Source of the DNA: Kitasatospora cinereorecta
GTDB taxonomy: Bacteria; Actinomycetota; Actinomycetes; Streptomycetales; Streptomycetaceae
NCBI RefSeq assembly: GCF_042656125.1
Contig: NZ_JBHSOC010000006.1
DNA: 24,000 bases
Reading direction: 5' to 3' (one strand)
Within the stretch, counting starts at the first letter, position 1. Each line of letters opens with the position of its first letter. Below are positions 1 through 8,086 of this stretch, one piece after another. The position numbers were made by a program, and so were the translations under genes. The notes beneath the pieces are model-generated. The model saw nothing but the letters and a program-made list of their open reading frames with translations, ran no database searches and was not told the origin of the DNA.

Positions 1-2034
1 CAGCAGGGCCAGCAGCACCGAGTAGACCGTCTTGACCAGGAACAGGCTCGCCACCCGTTCGATGTTGCCGATCACCCGGCGGCCCTCGGCCACCACCGAG
101 GGCAGGGTGGCGAACCGGTCGTCCAGCAGCACGATCTGGGCGACCGCCTTGGTGGCGTCCGACCCGGTGCCCATCGCCACCCCGATGTCGGCGTCCTTGA
201 GCGCCAGCACGTCGTTGACGCCGTCCCCGGTCATCGCCACGGTGTGCCCGCGGGCCTGCAGCGCGCCGACCAGCTCCCGCTTCTGCTGCGGGGTGACCCG
301 GCCGAACACCGCCGTCCGGTCGGCCACCTCGGCCAGCTCCGCCGGGTCCTCGGGCAGCGTCCGGGCGTCGAGTGCGGTGTCCGCCCCGGGCAGCCCCAGG
401 TGTGCGGCCACCGCCCCGACCGACACCGCCGCGTCACCGGAGATCACCTTGGCCCGCACCCGCTGGCTCTCGAAGTAGCGCAGCGTGGCGGCGGCGTCGT
501 CGCGCAGCCGCTGCTGGAGCACCACCAGGGCGAGCGGCCGGAGCCCGGCGGCCGGGTCGGGCGAGTCCAGCGGGGCCGGGGTGCGGCCGAGCAGCAGCAC
601 CCGCAGGCCCTTGGCGCCCAGCTCGTCCACCTCGGCCAGCTGCGGGTCGCCGGCCGGCAGCAGCACGTCCGGCGCGCCGAGCAGCCAGCTGGCCTCGGTG
701 CCCTGCGGCTCCAGCAGCTGCACCCCGCTCCACTTGCGGGCCGAGGAGAACGGCATCGCCGCCACCACCCGCCAGGCGCCGTCGTCCGGAGTCCTGTCCT
801 CCGAGGTGCCGTCCTCCGAGGTGCCGTCGTCCGGGGTGCCGTGGTCCGGGGTGCGGTCGTCCGGGGTGCCGAAGGCGTCGATCACCGCCCGCATGCTGGG
901 GTTGGGCCGGGCGTCGGCGGCGCCCATCGCGCCGAGCGCCCGCTGCAGCACCGCGCGGTCGGCGAACAGGTGCTCGGCCACCGGGGTGCCCGACCGCAGG
1001 TGCCCGTCGGCCTGCGGCAGCGGCCGCAGCTCGACCAGGTCCATGCCGCCCTCGGTCAGCGTCCCGGTCTTGTCCAGGCAGACGGTGTCCACCCGGGCCA
1101 GGCCCTCGATCGCCGGCAGCTCCTGGACCAGGCACTTCTTGCGCCCCAGCCGGACCACCCCGATCGCGAACGCCACCGAGGTCAGCAGCACCAGCCCCTC
1201 CGGCACCATCGGCACGATCCCGGCCACCATCCGGCGGACCGCCTCCCGCCAGTCGTGCCCCTCCACCGCCAGCTGGCTGATCACCAGCCCCAGCGCGGTC
1301 GGGATCAGCAGATAGGTGATGAAGCGCAGGATGTCGTCGATGCCGCTGCGCAGCTCGGAGCGGACCAGGGTGAACCGGCTCGCCTCCTCGGCCAGCTGCG
1401 CCGCGTACGCCTCCCGGCCGACCCGGGTCGCGGTGAAGGCGCCCGCGCCGGCCACCACGAAGGAGCCGGACATCACCTGGTCGCCGGGGTGCTTCAGCAC
1501 CGGGTCGGGCTCGCCGGTGAGCAGCGACTCGTCGATCTCCAGCCCGTCCGCCTCGGCGACCCGGCCGTCGACCACCACCTTGTCGCCGATGCCCAGCAGC
1601 ACGGTGTCGTCCAGCACGATCCCGGCGGTCGGCACCCGGACGGCCGCCCCGTCCCGGCGGACCTGGGGCTTGGCCTCGCCGATCAGCGCCAGGCCGTCCA
1701 GGGTCCGCTTGGCGCGCAGCTCCTGCACGATGCCGATCGCCGTGTTGGCGACGATGACCAGGCCGAACAGGCCGTCCTGGATCGGGCCGACCACCAGGAT
1801 GATCGCGAACATCACGCCGATGATCGCGTTGAACCGGGTGAAGACGTTGGCCCGGACGATCTCCTTGGCGGAGCGGCTGGAGCGGACCGGGACGTCGTTC
1901 ACCTCGCCGCGGGCGACCCGTTCGGCGACCTCGGCGGCGGTCAGTCCGGTGCTCCGCCCGCCGCGCCCGGGGCCCGACCCGGTGGCGTGGGCGCCGGAGC
2001 CGGTGGGGGCCGTGCCGTCCGCTGGGTGCGTCAT
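1..2034 (-). CDS. Cation-translocating P-type ATPase, partial (678 N-terminal codons; C-terminus beyond the left window edge)
   Basis: Absent from the ORF track because it has no stop in the window. My reverse-complement translation from the ATG at 2034..2032 reads MTHPADG...[20 protein letters not shown]. It then shows the actuator motif LLTGEPDPV, the phosphorylation motif [12 protein letters not shown] (about 1050-1090) and the hinge motif [23 protein letters not shown] (about 170-240), and stays open to position 1. The ATG is the first in-frame start after the in-frame stop at 2145..2143. Confidence 0.92.
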   Translation of the reverse strand, partial: MTHPADGTAPTGSGAHATGSGPGRGGRSTGLTAAEVAERVARGEVNDVPVRSSRSAKEIVRANVFTRFNAIIGVMFAIILVVGPIQDGLFGLVIVANTAIGIVQELRAKRTLDGLALIGEAKPQVRRDGAAVRVPTAGIVLDDTVLLGIGDKVVVDGRVAEADGLEIDESLLTGEPDPVLKHPGDQVMSGSFVVAGAGAFTATRVGREAYAAQLAEEASRFTLVRSELRSGIDDILRFITYLLIPTALGLVISQLAVEGHDWREAVRRMVAGIVPMVPEGLVLLTSVAFAIGVVRLGRKKCLVQELPAIEGLARVDTVCLDKTGTLTEGGMDLVELRPLPQADGHLRSGTPVAEHLFADRAVLQRALGAMGAADARPNPSMRAVIDAFGTPDDRTPDHGTPDDGTSEDGTSEDRTPDDGAWRVVAAMPFSSARKWSGVQLLEPQGTEASWLLGAPDVLLPAGDPQLAEVDELGAKGLRVLLLGRTPAPLDSPDPAAGLRPLALVVLQQRLRDDAAATLRYFESQRVRAKVISGDAAVSVGAVAAHLGLPGADTALDARTLPEDPAELAEVADRTAVFGRVTPQQKRELVGALQARGHTVAMTGDGVNDVLALKDADIGVAMGTGSDATKAVAQIVLLDDRFATLPSVVAEGRRVIGNIERVASLFLVKTVYSVLLALL
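781..870 (-). repeat. Six tandem 15-nt units inside the ATPase gene, encoding (G/R)T(P/S)(D/E)(D/H) pentapeptides
   Basis: The + strand units are gtcgtccggagtcct / gtcctccgaggtgcc x2 / gtcgtccggggtgcc / gtggtccggggtgcg / gtcgtccggggtgcc. They are in frame on the minus strand and read [30 protein letters not shown]. Confidence 0.9.
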
Positions 2035-2142
2035 GGCACCGACTCTATGAGGGCGATATGTCCGATGCGCCCTACTTCGGTGCGATTCGGTCCAACCGAG
2101 TGGCGGGGGCGCGCGCCCCGGACCCGGCCCCGGTCGGCGGAC

Positions 2143-2424
2143 TCAGCCCTGGTCGGCGGGCCCGGCGACGGCCGCGGACTCGGCGGCCCGGGCGCGCCGG
2201 ATGGCGTCCCGGCGGGCGCGGCAGTACCAGAGGCCGATCAGGCCGAGCAGCCCGCCGGAGAGGCAGATCCACGGCCAGCTGCCGTGCCCGTGGTCGGAGA
2301 GCGCGCTCTGGAAGGGGAGCAGCACCACGAAGGCGGCGAACCACAGCGCCGTCCCGGCGCCGACGATCGCGACGTCGTTCGCCTCCAGCGGCGGGGGAGC
2401 GGGGCGCAGCGGGGTCTTGGGCAT
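2143..2424 (-). CDS. Small two-TM membrane protein, DUF2530-like
   Basis: 93-aa ORF with two hydrophobic helices (VAIVGAGTALWFAAFVVLLPF and WICLSGGLLGLIGLWYC) and a basic tail RARRDAIRRAR. Size and pattern recall actinobacterial DUF2530 proteins; this is from memory of the family, not a search. Confidence 0.6.
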   Translation of the reverse strand: MPKTPLRPAPPPLEANDVAIVGAGTALWFAAFVVLLPFQSALSDHGHGSWPWICLSGGLLGLIGLWYCRARRDAIRRARAAESAAVAGPADQG

Positions 2425-2622
2425 GGGCCCTAGGGTACGGGGGCGGCCGCGGCGTACGGCAGTGGCCGGGTGATTTCCCGGCGGGCGCGGTGCGGGGCCG
2501 CTGTTCTAGGTCAGGGGCCGCCGCCGAGCGGTAAGGGGCTTCCTCTACGCGCGAAGATGGCGTGCGTACGATCCGAAATTCATACTTGTGCTTCCTCTGC
2601 CCCCACCCGACGAGGACCCCGC

Positions 2623-4086
2623 ATGTCTCCGCTGGCCCAGCCGACGGCCGCCACCCCCGAGTCCGACCGGATCGCCCCGCGGCCCCCGGCGAGCCCCCTG
2701 GACCGCTTCTTCCGCATCTCCGAGCGCGGCTCCACGCTGCCCCGCGAGATCCGCGGCGGTGTCGCCACCTTCTTCACGATGGCGTACATCCTGGTGCTCA
2801 ACCCGATCATCCTCGCCTCCGCCACCGACGCCACCGGCGCCCACCTGGACAGCGCCCAGCTGGTCACCGCCACCGCGCTCACCGCCGGGCTCACCACCCT
2901 GCTGATGGGCGTCATCGGCAACGTCCCGATCGGCCTGGCGGCCGGCCTCGGCGTCAACACCATCGTGGCCCTCCAGCTCGCGCCCCGGATGAGCTGGCCG
3001 GACGCCATGGGCATGGTGGTGCTGGCCGGCTTCGCGATCATGGTCCTGGTCGCCACCGGCCTGCGCGAGCGGGTGATGAACGCCGTCCCGCTCGGCCTGC
3101 GCAAGGCCATCGCCATCGGCATCGGCCTCTTCATCGCCCTGGTCGGCCTGGTCGACTCCGGCTTCGTCAGCCGCATCCCGGACGCCGCCCACACCACCGT
3201 CCCGCTCCAGCTCGGCGGCACCGGCCACCTGCTCGGCTGGCCGGTCCTGGTCTTCGTCATCGGCCTGCTGCTCACCCTGGCGCTGGTGGTCCGCAAGGTG
3301 CCCGGCGCGATCCTGATCTCCATCGCGGTGACCACCGGCATCGCCGTCCTGGTCCAGCAGCTCGCCCACCTGACCGGGCAGTCCTGGGGCCTCACCGTCC
3401 CCGCCTGGCCGGGCAACCCGGTGGCCGCCCCCGACTTCGGCCTGGTCGGTCACGTCAGCCTGTTCGGCGGCTTCTCCAAGGTCGGCGCGGTGACCGGAAG
3501 TCTGTTCGTTTTCACCGTGCTGATGTCCTGCTTCTTCGACGCGATGGGCACCATCCTCGGCGTCGCCGACGAGGCCCGGCTGCTCGACGCCAAGGGCGAC
3601 CTGCCCGGCATCAACAAGATCCTGATGGTGGACGGCATCGCCACCGCCGCCGGCGGCGCCACCTCCTCCTCCGCCAACACCTGCTTCGTCGAGTCCACCG
3701 CCGGCGTCGGCGAGGGCGCCCGCACCGGCTTCGCCTCGATCGTCACCGGCGCCCTCTTCCTGGTCGCCCTCTTCCTCACCCCGCTCGCCACCATGGTCCC
3801 GGCCCAGGCCGCCACCCCCGCGCTGGTCACCGTCGGCTTCCTGATCCTGGCCAACTCGGTCAAGGAGATCGACTGGTCCGACCACACCATCGCGATGCCG
3901 GCCTTCCTGACCATCGTGATGATGCCGTTCACGTACTCGATCACCAATGGCATCGGCGTCGGCTTCATCGCCTTCTGCGTGCTGCGCCTGGCCGCCGGCC
4001 GGGGCCGCGAGGTGCCCGTCGCGATGTACGCGGTCGCGGCGGTGTTCACCTTCTACTACCTGATGCCGGCGCTCGGCCTCGGCTGA
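2623..4086 (+). CDS. NCS2-family nucleobase permease (adenine/guanine/hypoxanthine type, AzgA/PbuG-like)
   Basis: Same frame as track ORF 2470..4086. I prefer ATG 2623 (MSPLAQP...) because the 51 upstream codons do not look protein-like. It carries the N-terminal signature FFRISERGSTLPREIRGGVATFFTMAYILVLNPIIL, many hydrophobic segments, and FLTIVMMPFTYSITNGIGVGFI near the C-terminus. Confidence 0.9.
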   Translation: MSPLAQPTAATPESDRIAPRPPASPLDRFFRISERGSTLPREIRGGVATFFTMAYILVLNPIILASATDATGAHLDSAQLVTATALTAGLTTLLMGVIGNVPIGLAAGLGVNTIVALQLAPRMSWPDAMGMVVLAGFAIMVLVATGLRERVMNAVPLGLRKAIAIGIGLFIALVGLVDSGFVSRIPDAAHTTVPLQLGGTGHLLGWPVLVFVIGLLLTLALVVRKVPGAILISIAVTTGIAVLVQQLAHLTGQSWGLTVPAWPGNPVAAPDFGLVGHVSLFGGFSKVGAVTGSLFVFTVLMSCFFDAMGTILGVADEARLLDAKGDLPGINKILMVDGIATAAGGATSSSANTCFVESTAGVGEGARTGFASIVTGALFLVALFLTPLATMVPAQAATPALVTVGFLILANSVKEIDWSDHTIAMPAFLTIVMMPFTYSITNGIGVGFIAFCVLRLAAGRGREVPVAMYAVAAVFTFYYLMPALGLG

Positions 4087-4112
4087 CGGCCGCGCCGCCG
4101 GGAGCACTGCGA

Positions 4113-4140
4113 GCCCCTTCCCCTGTGTGGGGGGAGGGGC
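4113..4140. terminator. Hairpin between the convergent permease and HxlR genes
   Basis: GCCCCTTCCCC (4113-4123) pairs with GGGGGAGGGGC (4130-4140): 11 bp including one G-T wobble, with a 6-nt loop. It lies between the stops at 4086 (+) and 4157 (-). There is no U-tract, which is usual in high-GC actinobacteria. Confidence 0.5.
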
Positions 4141-4156
4141 CCGTCGGCGTTCCGGG

Positions 4157-4615
4157 TCAGGTGGCGAGGGTGCCCGGGCCGGGCTCCACGGCGACCTGGT
4201 CGGCGGTGAGTTCGGCGCCGCAGTCCTCGCAGATCGAGAGCTGGCGCAGCGCGCCGCCGCAGCCCTCGTGCCGGTAGAGGATCGGCGGGCCCTGCGGGGC
4301 CGCCCAGCGGTCGCCCCAGACGGTCAGGGCGACCAGGACGGGCTGAAGGTCGAGCCCCTTCTCGGTGAGTATGTACTCGTGGGTCGCCTGCTCGCCGCCG
4401 ATCGGCCGGGTGGACATCAGTCCGGCTTCGACGAAGCGCTCCAGCCGGCTGGAGAGGATGTTCGGCGCGACCCCGAGCCCGCGCTGGAACTCGGTGAACC
4501 GGGTCGACCCCGCGAACATCGCGTCCCGCAGGATCAGCAGGCTCCACCGCTCACCGACCACCTCCAGCGTGCGGGCGGCCGAGCAGTTCTCCCGTTCGTA
4601 GGTCCGGCCCAGCAT
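4157..4615 (-). CDS. HxlR-family winged-helix transcriptional regulator
   Basis: CSAARTLEVVGERWSLLILRDAMFAGSTRFTEFQRGLGVAPNILSSRLERFVEAGL is the canonical HxlR HTH core. GGAGG lies 6 nt upstream of the ATG. There is an extra Cys-containing C-terminal tail (CGGALRQLSICEDCG). Confidence 0.88.
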   Translation of the reverse strand: MLGRTYERENCSAARTLEVVGERWSLLILRDAMFAGSTRFTEFQRGLGVAPNILSSRLERFVEAGLMSTRPIGGEQATHEYILTEKGLDLQPVLVALTVWGDRWAAPQGPPILYRHEGCGGALRQLSICEDCGAELTADQVAVEPGPGTLAT

Positions 4616-4636
4616 CGAGCACCTCCATCCCGATCA

Positions 4637-4700
4637 ACTTGCGTCACGATAGTGACCACCGGTATGTTACCCGCATCACGCTACTTGCATCACGATAGCG
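4637..4700. promoter_or_regulatory. Repeated candidate operator in the HxlR / hydrolase divergent intergenic region
   Basis: An 18-bp direct repeat, ACTTGCGTCACGATAGTG (4637-4654) and ACTTGCATCACGATAGCG (4683-4700), with 2 mismatches. The first copy contains the palindrome GTCAC-GATA-GTGAC (4643-4656). A partial third copy GCATCACG lies at 4673-4680. Confidence 0.4.
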
Positions 4701-4835
4701 GAATGGTGTGAACCTCCAGCCTGTCCGGCTCCCGGGTTTTAAACCCGCCAGATGGGCACGCAGGGAGAAACGCGCTCCGGCCCCAACCGGAAGGCTTGAC
4801 GCACCACTTCATGTGACGGACGAGGAGGGTGCACC

Positions 4836-5834
4836 ATGAGCGACGTTCAGTCGGCGGGCAAGAGCGTGATCGACGGCATCGGCCACCGGTTCGTGGAGGC
4901 CAACGGCATCCGGACCCACATCGCGGAGCAGGGCGAGGGACCCCTGGTGGTCCTGCTGCACGGCTTCCCGGAGACCTGGTACTCCTGGCGCCACCAGATA
5001 CCCGCCCTCGCGGCGGCCGGGTACCACGTGGTCGCCCCGGACCTGCGCGGCTACGGGCAGACCGACGCCCCGGCGGAGGCGGACACGTACTCCCAGCTCC
5101 ACCTGGTCGGCGACCTGATCGGACTGCTCGACGCGCTCGGCGAGCAGCAGGCGGTGGTGGTCGGCCACGACTTCGGCACCGCGGTGGCGTGGAACGCGGC
5201 GCTGCTGCGCCCCGACCGCATCCGCGGTGTGGTCGCGCTGAGCGTCCCGTACCTGCCGCGCGGCCCGATCAGTGCCCTGGCCGGCCTGCGCCAGGCGCTC
5301 GGCGACGGCTTCTACATGCAGTACCTCCAGGAGCCCGGCGTGGCCGACACCGAGCTGGCCGCGGACGTGCGCGCGACCCTGCTGCGCTTCTACCACTGGG
5401 GCTTCGGCGACTCGCCGCAGGCCGCGGCGGCGAGCCTGCCGGTGGTGCCCGAGGGCAGCGGTCTGCTGGACATCATGCCGGCGACGACCGAGCTCCCGGG
5501 CTGGCTGACCGAGGCGGACCTCGACGTCCACACGGCCGAGTTCACCCGTACCGGGTTCACCGGCGGCCTGAACTGGTGGCGGACGATCGACCTGAGCTGG
5601 GAGCTGACGGCGGCCTGGCAGGGCGCGCCGCTGACGACGCCGGCGCTGTACGTGCACGGCGACCGGGACGGGAGCGTGGGGCTCCCCGGCATGGACCAGC
5701 TGATCGCCAACCTGCAGATGTTCGTGCCGAACCTGACCCGCACCGTGGTGCTGCCCGGGACCGGCCACTGGACGCAGCAGGAGCGTCCCGAGGAGGTCAC
5801 CACGGAACTCCTGAAATTCCTCGCCGGCCTGTAG
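4836..5834 (+). CDS. Alpha/beta hydrolase, epoxide-hydrolase-like
   Basis: Contains VVLLHGFPETWYSWRHQIPALAAAGYHVVAPDLRGYGQTD (the HGFPE-WYSWR motif of EH-type alpha/beta hydrolases), the nucleophile elbow VVGHDFG, and a C-terminal GTGHWTQQERPEEV with the presumptive catalytic His. A GAGGAGGG RBS lies 6 nt upstream of the ATG. Confidence 0.88.
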   Translation: MSDVQSAGKSVIDGIGHRFVEANGIRTHIAEQGEGPLVVLLHGFPETWYSWRHQIPALAAAGYHVVAPDLRGYGQTDAPAEADTYSQLHLVGDLIGLLDALGEQQAVVVGHDFGTAVAWNAALLRPDRIRGVVALSVPYLPRGPISALAGLRQALGDGFYMQYLQEPGVADTELAADVRATLLRFYHWGFGDSPQAAAASLPVVPEGSGLLDIMPATTELPGWLTEADLDVHTAEFTRTGFTGGLNWWRTIDLSWELTAAWQGAPLTTPALYVHGDRDGSVGLPGMDQLIANLQMFVPNLTRTVVLPGTGHWTQQERPEEVTTELLKFLAGL

Positions 5835-5883
5835 AAAACCCGATCGCCGACACCGTCGGATCCTTCGAGAAAGGGATCTCACC

Positions 5884-7311
5884 TTGACCACCGACACAGC
5901 CACTCCGCCACGTTTCAGCGGCAGGCAGCGGTTGATTCTGCTCCTCCTGCTCGGCTCCGGCTTTCTGTTCGCCGCCGACTACTCGATCCTGAATGTCGCG
6001 TTGCCGAAGGTCGGGGCGGGCGTCGGGTTAGGCCTGACCGGGCTTCCCTGGATCGGTTCCGCGTACACGCTGCCCGCCGCCGGCTTCATGCTGATGTTCG
6101 GCCGCCTCGCCGACCTGTACGGCCGGCGCCGGATGTTCCTGGCCGGCATGGTCCTGCTGGCCGCCGCCTCGCTGCTCGGCGGCTTCGCCACCAACCCGAC
6201 GATGCTGCTGACCGCCCGCGCGCTGCAGGGCACCTCCACCGCGATGGCGCTGCCCGCGGCGCTGTCGCTGATCACCACCACCTTCAGCGAGGGCGGCCTG
6301 CGCGACCGCGCCCTCGGCCTGAACGGTGCCATCCTGTCCGGCGGGTTCACCGCCGGTGCGCTGGTCGGCGGCGCCCTGGTCAGCCTGCTGAGCTGGCGGG
6401 CCGGGTTCTTCATCAACGTCCCGTTCGCAGTCCTCATCCTGCTGATCGCCCCCGCGCTGGTCGGTGAGAGCCGGATCCCCGAGCGGGTGAAGGTCGACCT
6501 GCCGGGTGCGGTGACGGTGACCGGCGGTCTGCTGGCCGTGGTGTACGCCGTGGTCCAGAAGAACCTGATCGCGGCCGCCATCGGCGTGGTGCTGCTGGCC
6601 GCCTTCTGGCTGATCGAGGTGCGCTCGCCCGCGCCGCTCGCGCCGGTGCGCTTCCTCAAGCGGTCCACGGTCAAGTGGGGCAACTTCGCGGGGCTCGTGA
6701 CGTTCTCCATGGAGACCGGCATGATCTTCCTGATGACGCTCTACCTCCAGGACGTCCTTAAGTTCGCCCCGGTGGTCACCGGCCTCATCTTCGGTGTCCC
6801 CGGCCTCGCCGCGGTGTTCGCAGGACCGATCGCCGGACGCATCCTCGGCCGCTTCGACAGCCGGAAGGTCGTCACCCTGGGCCTGATCCTGCAGGCCCTG
6901 ATGATCCTGCCGCTGGTGTTCCTCGGGGACAGCAGGATGGCGCTCGCGGTGCTGATCCCGGCGCTGTTCCTGGGCTTCTTCGTGCACGTCACCGTCATCG
7001 TCTCGTACATGGTGATCGGCACCTCCGGCCTGCCGGACGAGGAGCAGGGCCTGGCGACCGGCCTGACCTCGCTGACCCAGCAGGTCGCCCTCACCGTCGG
7101 CGCCCCGATCATGGTCTCGATCGCCGCCACCCAGAGCTCCCAGCTCACCGGCACCCACCTCGCGCTGACCGTGAACGTGGCCGTGATCGTGGCCGGCGCC
7201 GTCCTCATCTGGTTTGGCCTCCGCCCGCGCGGGCAGGCCGCCACTGCGGGCGCGGCCACCGTTCCGGCGGCCAAGGGAAGTGCCGAAGACCTTGCCCCGT
7301 CGCTGGATTGA
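5884..7311 (+). CDS. MFS transporter (DHA2/EmrB-like drug:H+ antiporter type)
   Basis: TTG start with AAGGGA upstream. About 14 hydrophobic segments. MFS motif-A-like GRLADLYGRRRMFLAG follows the second helix. The gene starts 50 nt after the hydrolase stop, so the two are probably an operon. Confidence 0.85.
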   Translation: MTTDTATPPRFSGRQRLILLLLLGSGFLFAADYSILNVALPKVGAGVGLGLTGLPWIGSAYTLPAAGFMLMFGRLADLYGRRRMFLAGMVLLAAASLLGGFATNPTMLLTARALQGTSTAMALPAALSLITTTFSEGGLRDRALGLNGAILSGGFTAGALVGGALVSLLSWRAGFFINVPFAVLILLIAPALVGESRIPERVKVDLPGAVTVTGGLLAVVYAVVQKNLIAAAIGVVLLAAFWLIEVRSPAPLAPVRFLKRSTVKWGNFAGLVTFSMETGMIFLMTLYLQDVLKFAPVVTGLIFGVPGLAAVFAGPIAGRILGRFDSRKVVTLGLILQALMILPLVFLGDSRMALAVLIPALFLGFFVHVTVIVSYMVIGTSGLPDEEQGLATGLTSLTQQVALTVGAPIMVSIAATQSSQLTGTHLALTVNVAVIVAGAVLIWFGLRPRGQAATAGAATVPAAKGSAEDLAPSLD

Positions 7312-7386
7312 CCGATCGTCAGATCATCTGATCGTCTCTCACGGCCCCCTGTACAGCACAGAACAGAACGATTGAGGAGAACCGTC

Positions 7387-7734
7387 ATGATCACGCCGAA
7401 GCTCAGCAGCATGCTCCTTGGCACCACCAAGCCCGAGGAACTGCGCGAGTGGTACCGCAAGGCGCTCGCCCCCGAGTACCAGGGCGAGGGGCCGATCGAC
7501 CTCGGCGGCTTCCTGCTGGTCATCGAGAAGCGCGACGACGTCGAGGCGAAGAACAACGAGCCTGGCCGCATGATCATCAACTTCCACGTCGACGACTTCG
7601 ACGCCGTGGAGGCGCAGCTCAAGGCGGCCGGCGTCGAGTGGCTGCTCCCGGTGGCCGACCGCCCCTCCGGCCGCTTCGGCACCTTCGCCGACCCGGACGG
7701 CAACTACCTGCAGATCATCCAGTTCAACAAGTAG
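7387..7734 (+). CDS. VOC-family protein (glyoxalase/bleomycin-resistance/dioxygenase fold)
   Basis: Same frame as track ORF 7372..7734. I prefer ATG 7387 because GAGGAG (7374-7379) sits 7 nt upstream. FHVDDFDAVEAQLKAAGVEW and GRFGTFADPDGNYLQIIQ are typical of the VOC beta-alpha-beta-beta-beta module. Confidence 0.72.
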   Translation: MITPKLSSMLLGTTKPEELREWYRKALAPEYQGEGPIDLGGFLLVIEKRDDVEAKNNEPGRMIINFHVDDFDAVEAQLKAAGVEWLLPVADRPSGRFGTFADPDGNYLQIIQFNK

Positions 7735-7750
7735 GACGTTCGCACCGTCG

Positions 7751-7804
7751 AACGCCTCCCGTGCCCGGCCCGCCGCACCCGCGGCGCGCCGGGCACGAGG
7801 CGTT
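7751..7804. terminator. Imperfect hairpin downstream of the VOC gene
   Basis: AACGCCTC(CC)GTGCCCGG (7751-7768) pairs with CCGGGCACGAGGCGTT (7789-7804): 16 bp with a 2-nt bulge and a 20-nt GC-rich loop. It starts 17 nt after the stop codon. Confidence 0.45.
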
Positions 7805-7840
7805 GGGGCACGAGGCGTTGGGGCACGAGGCGTTGGGGCC
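7791..7840. repeat. 15-bp tandem repeat GGGCACGAGGCGTTG x3 plus a partial fourth copy
   Basis: Perfect copies at 7791-7805, 7806-7820 and 7821-7835, followed by GGGCC. Copy 1 is the 3' arm of the hairpin above. Confidence 0.9.
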
Positions 7841-8036
7841 CTGTGGGGCGGCTCCCGGGGCCGGGGGCGGGCCGCCCACCCGGTCGGGTGTGCCGGACGC
7901 CGCAGACCACTGCCCGGGCCCGCCCGCCCGCCCGTACCGTCTGCCGGCCCCGGCCGCACGTACTGCCCGTGCGGTGCCCAGGAGGCCGGTCCGGGCGGCC
8001 GTACGCCGTCGAGCCGGGGCGGGTGCCCGGGAACGC

Positions 8037-8072
8037 GGAGAGCCGCCGCGCCGGGTGGCGCGGCGGCTCTCC
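8037..8072. terminator. Perfect 16-bp stem / 4-nt loop hairpin just downstream of the monooxygenase gene
   Basis: GGAGAGCCGCCGCGCC (8037-8052), GGGT, GGCGCGGCGGCTCTCC (8057-8072). It lies 15 nt beyond the minus-strand stop at 8087-8089. Confidence 0.6.
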
Positions 8073-8086
8073 GTGCGGGGTGCCGG

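Noticed and set aside
244-2433. 729-aa + strand ORF (and the nested ORFs 372..1280, 485..1315, 1316..2050) covering the left 2.4 kb
   Set aside because: The translations are Arg/Gly/Pro/His-rich low-complexity strings with no motifs. The opposite strand gives a textbook P-type ATPase (TGEP, DKTGT, GDGVND). These are antisense shadow ORFs of high-GC DNA.
2434-2622. Possible purine riboswitch upstream of the NCS2 nucleobase permease
   Set aside because: The context would fit. However, I could not find the conserved three-way-junction core or loop-loop sequences of the purine riboswitch by eye. A covariance-model scan (Rfam purine model) would be needed, so it is not reported as a feature.
7791-7840. 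The 15-bp direct repeats as a CRISPR array
   Set aside because: The copies are contiguous with no spacers, far shorter than CRISPR repeats, and no cas genes are nearby. This is a simple tandem repeat.
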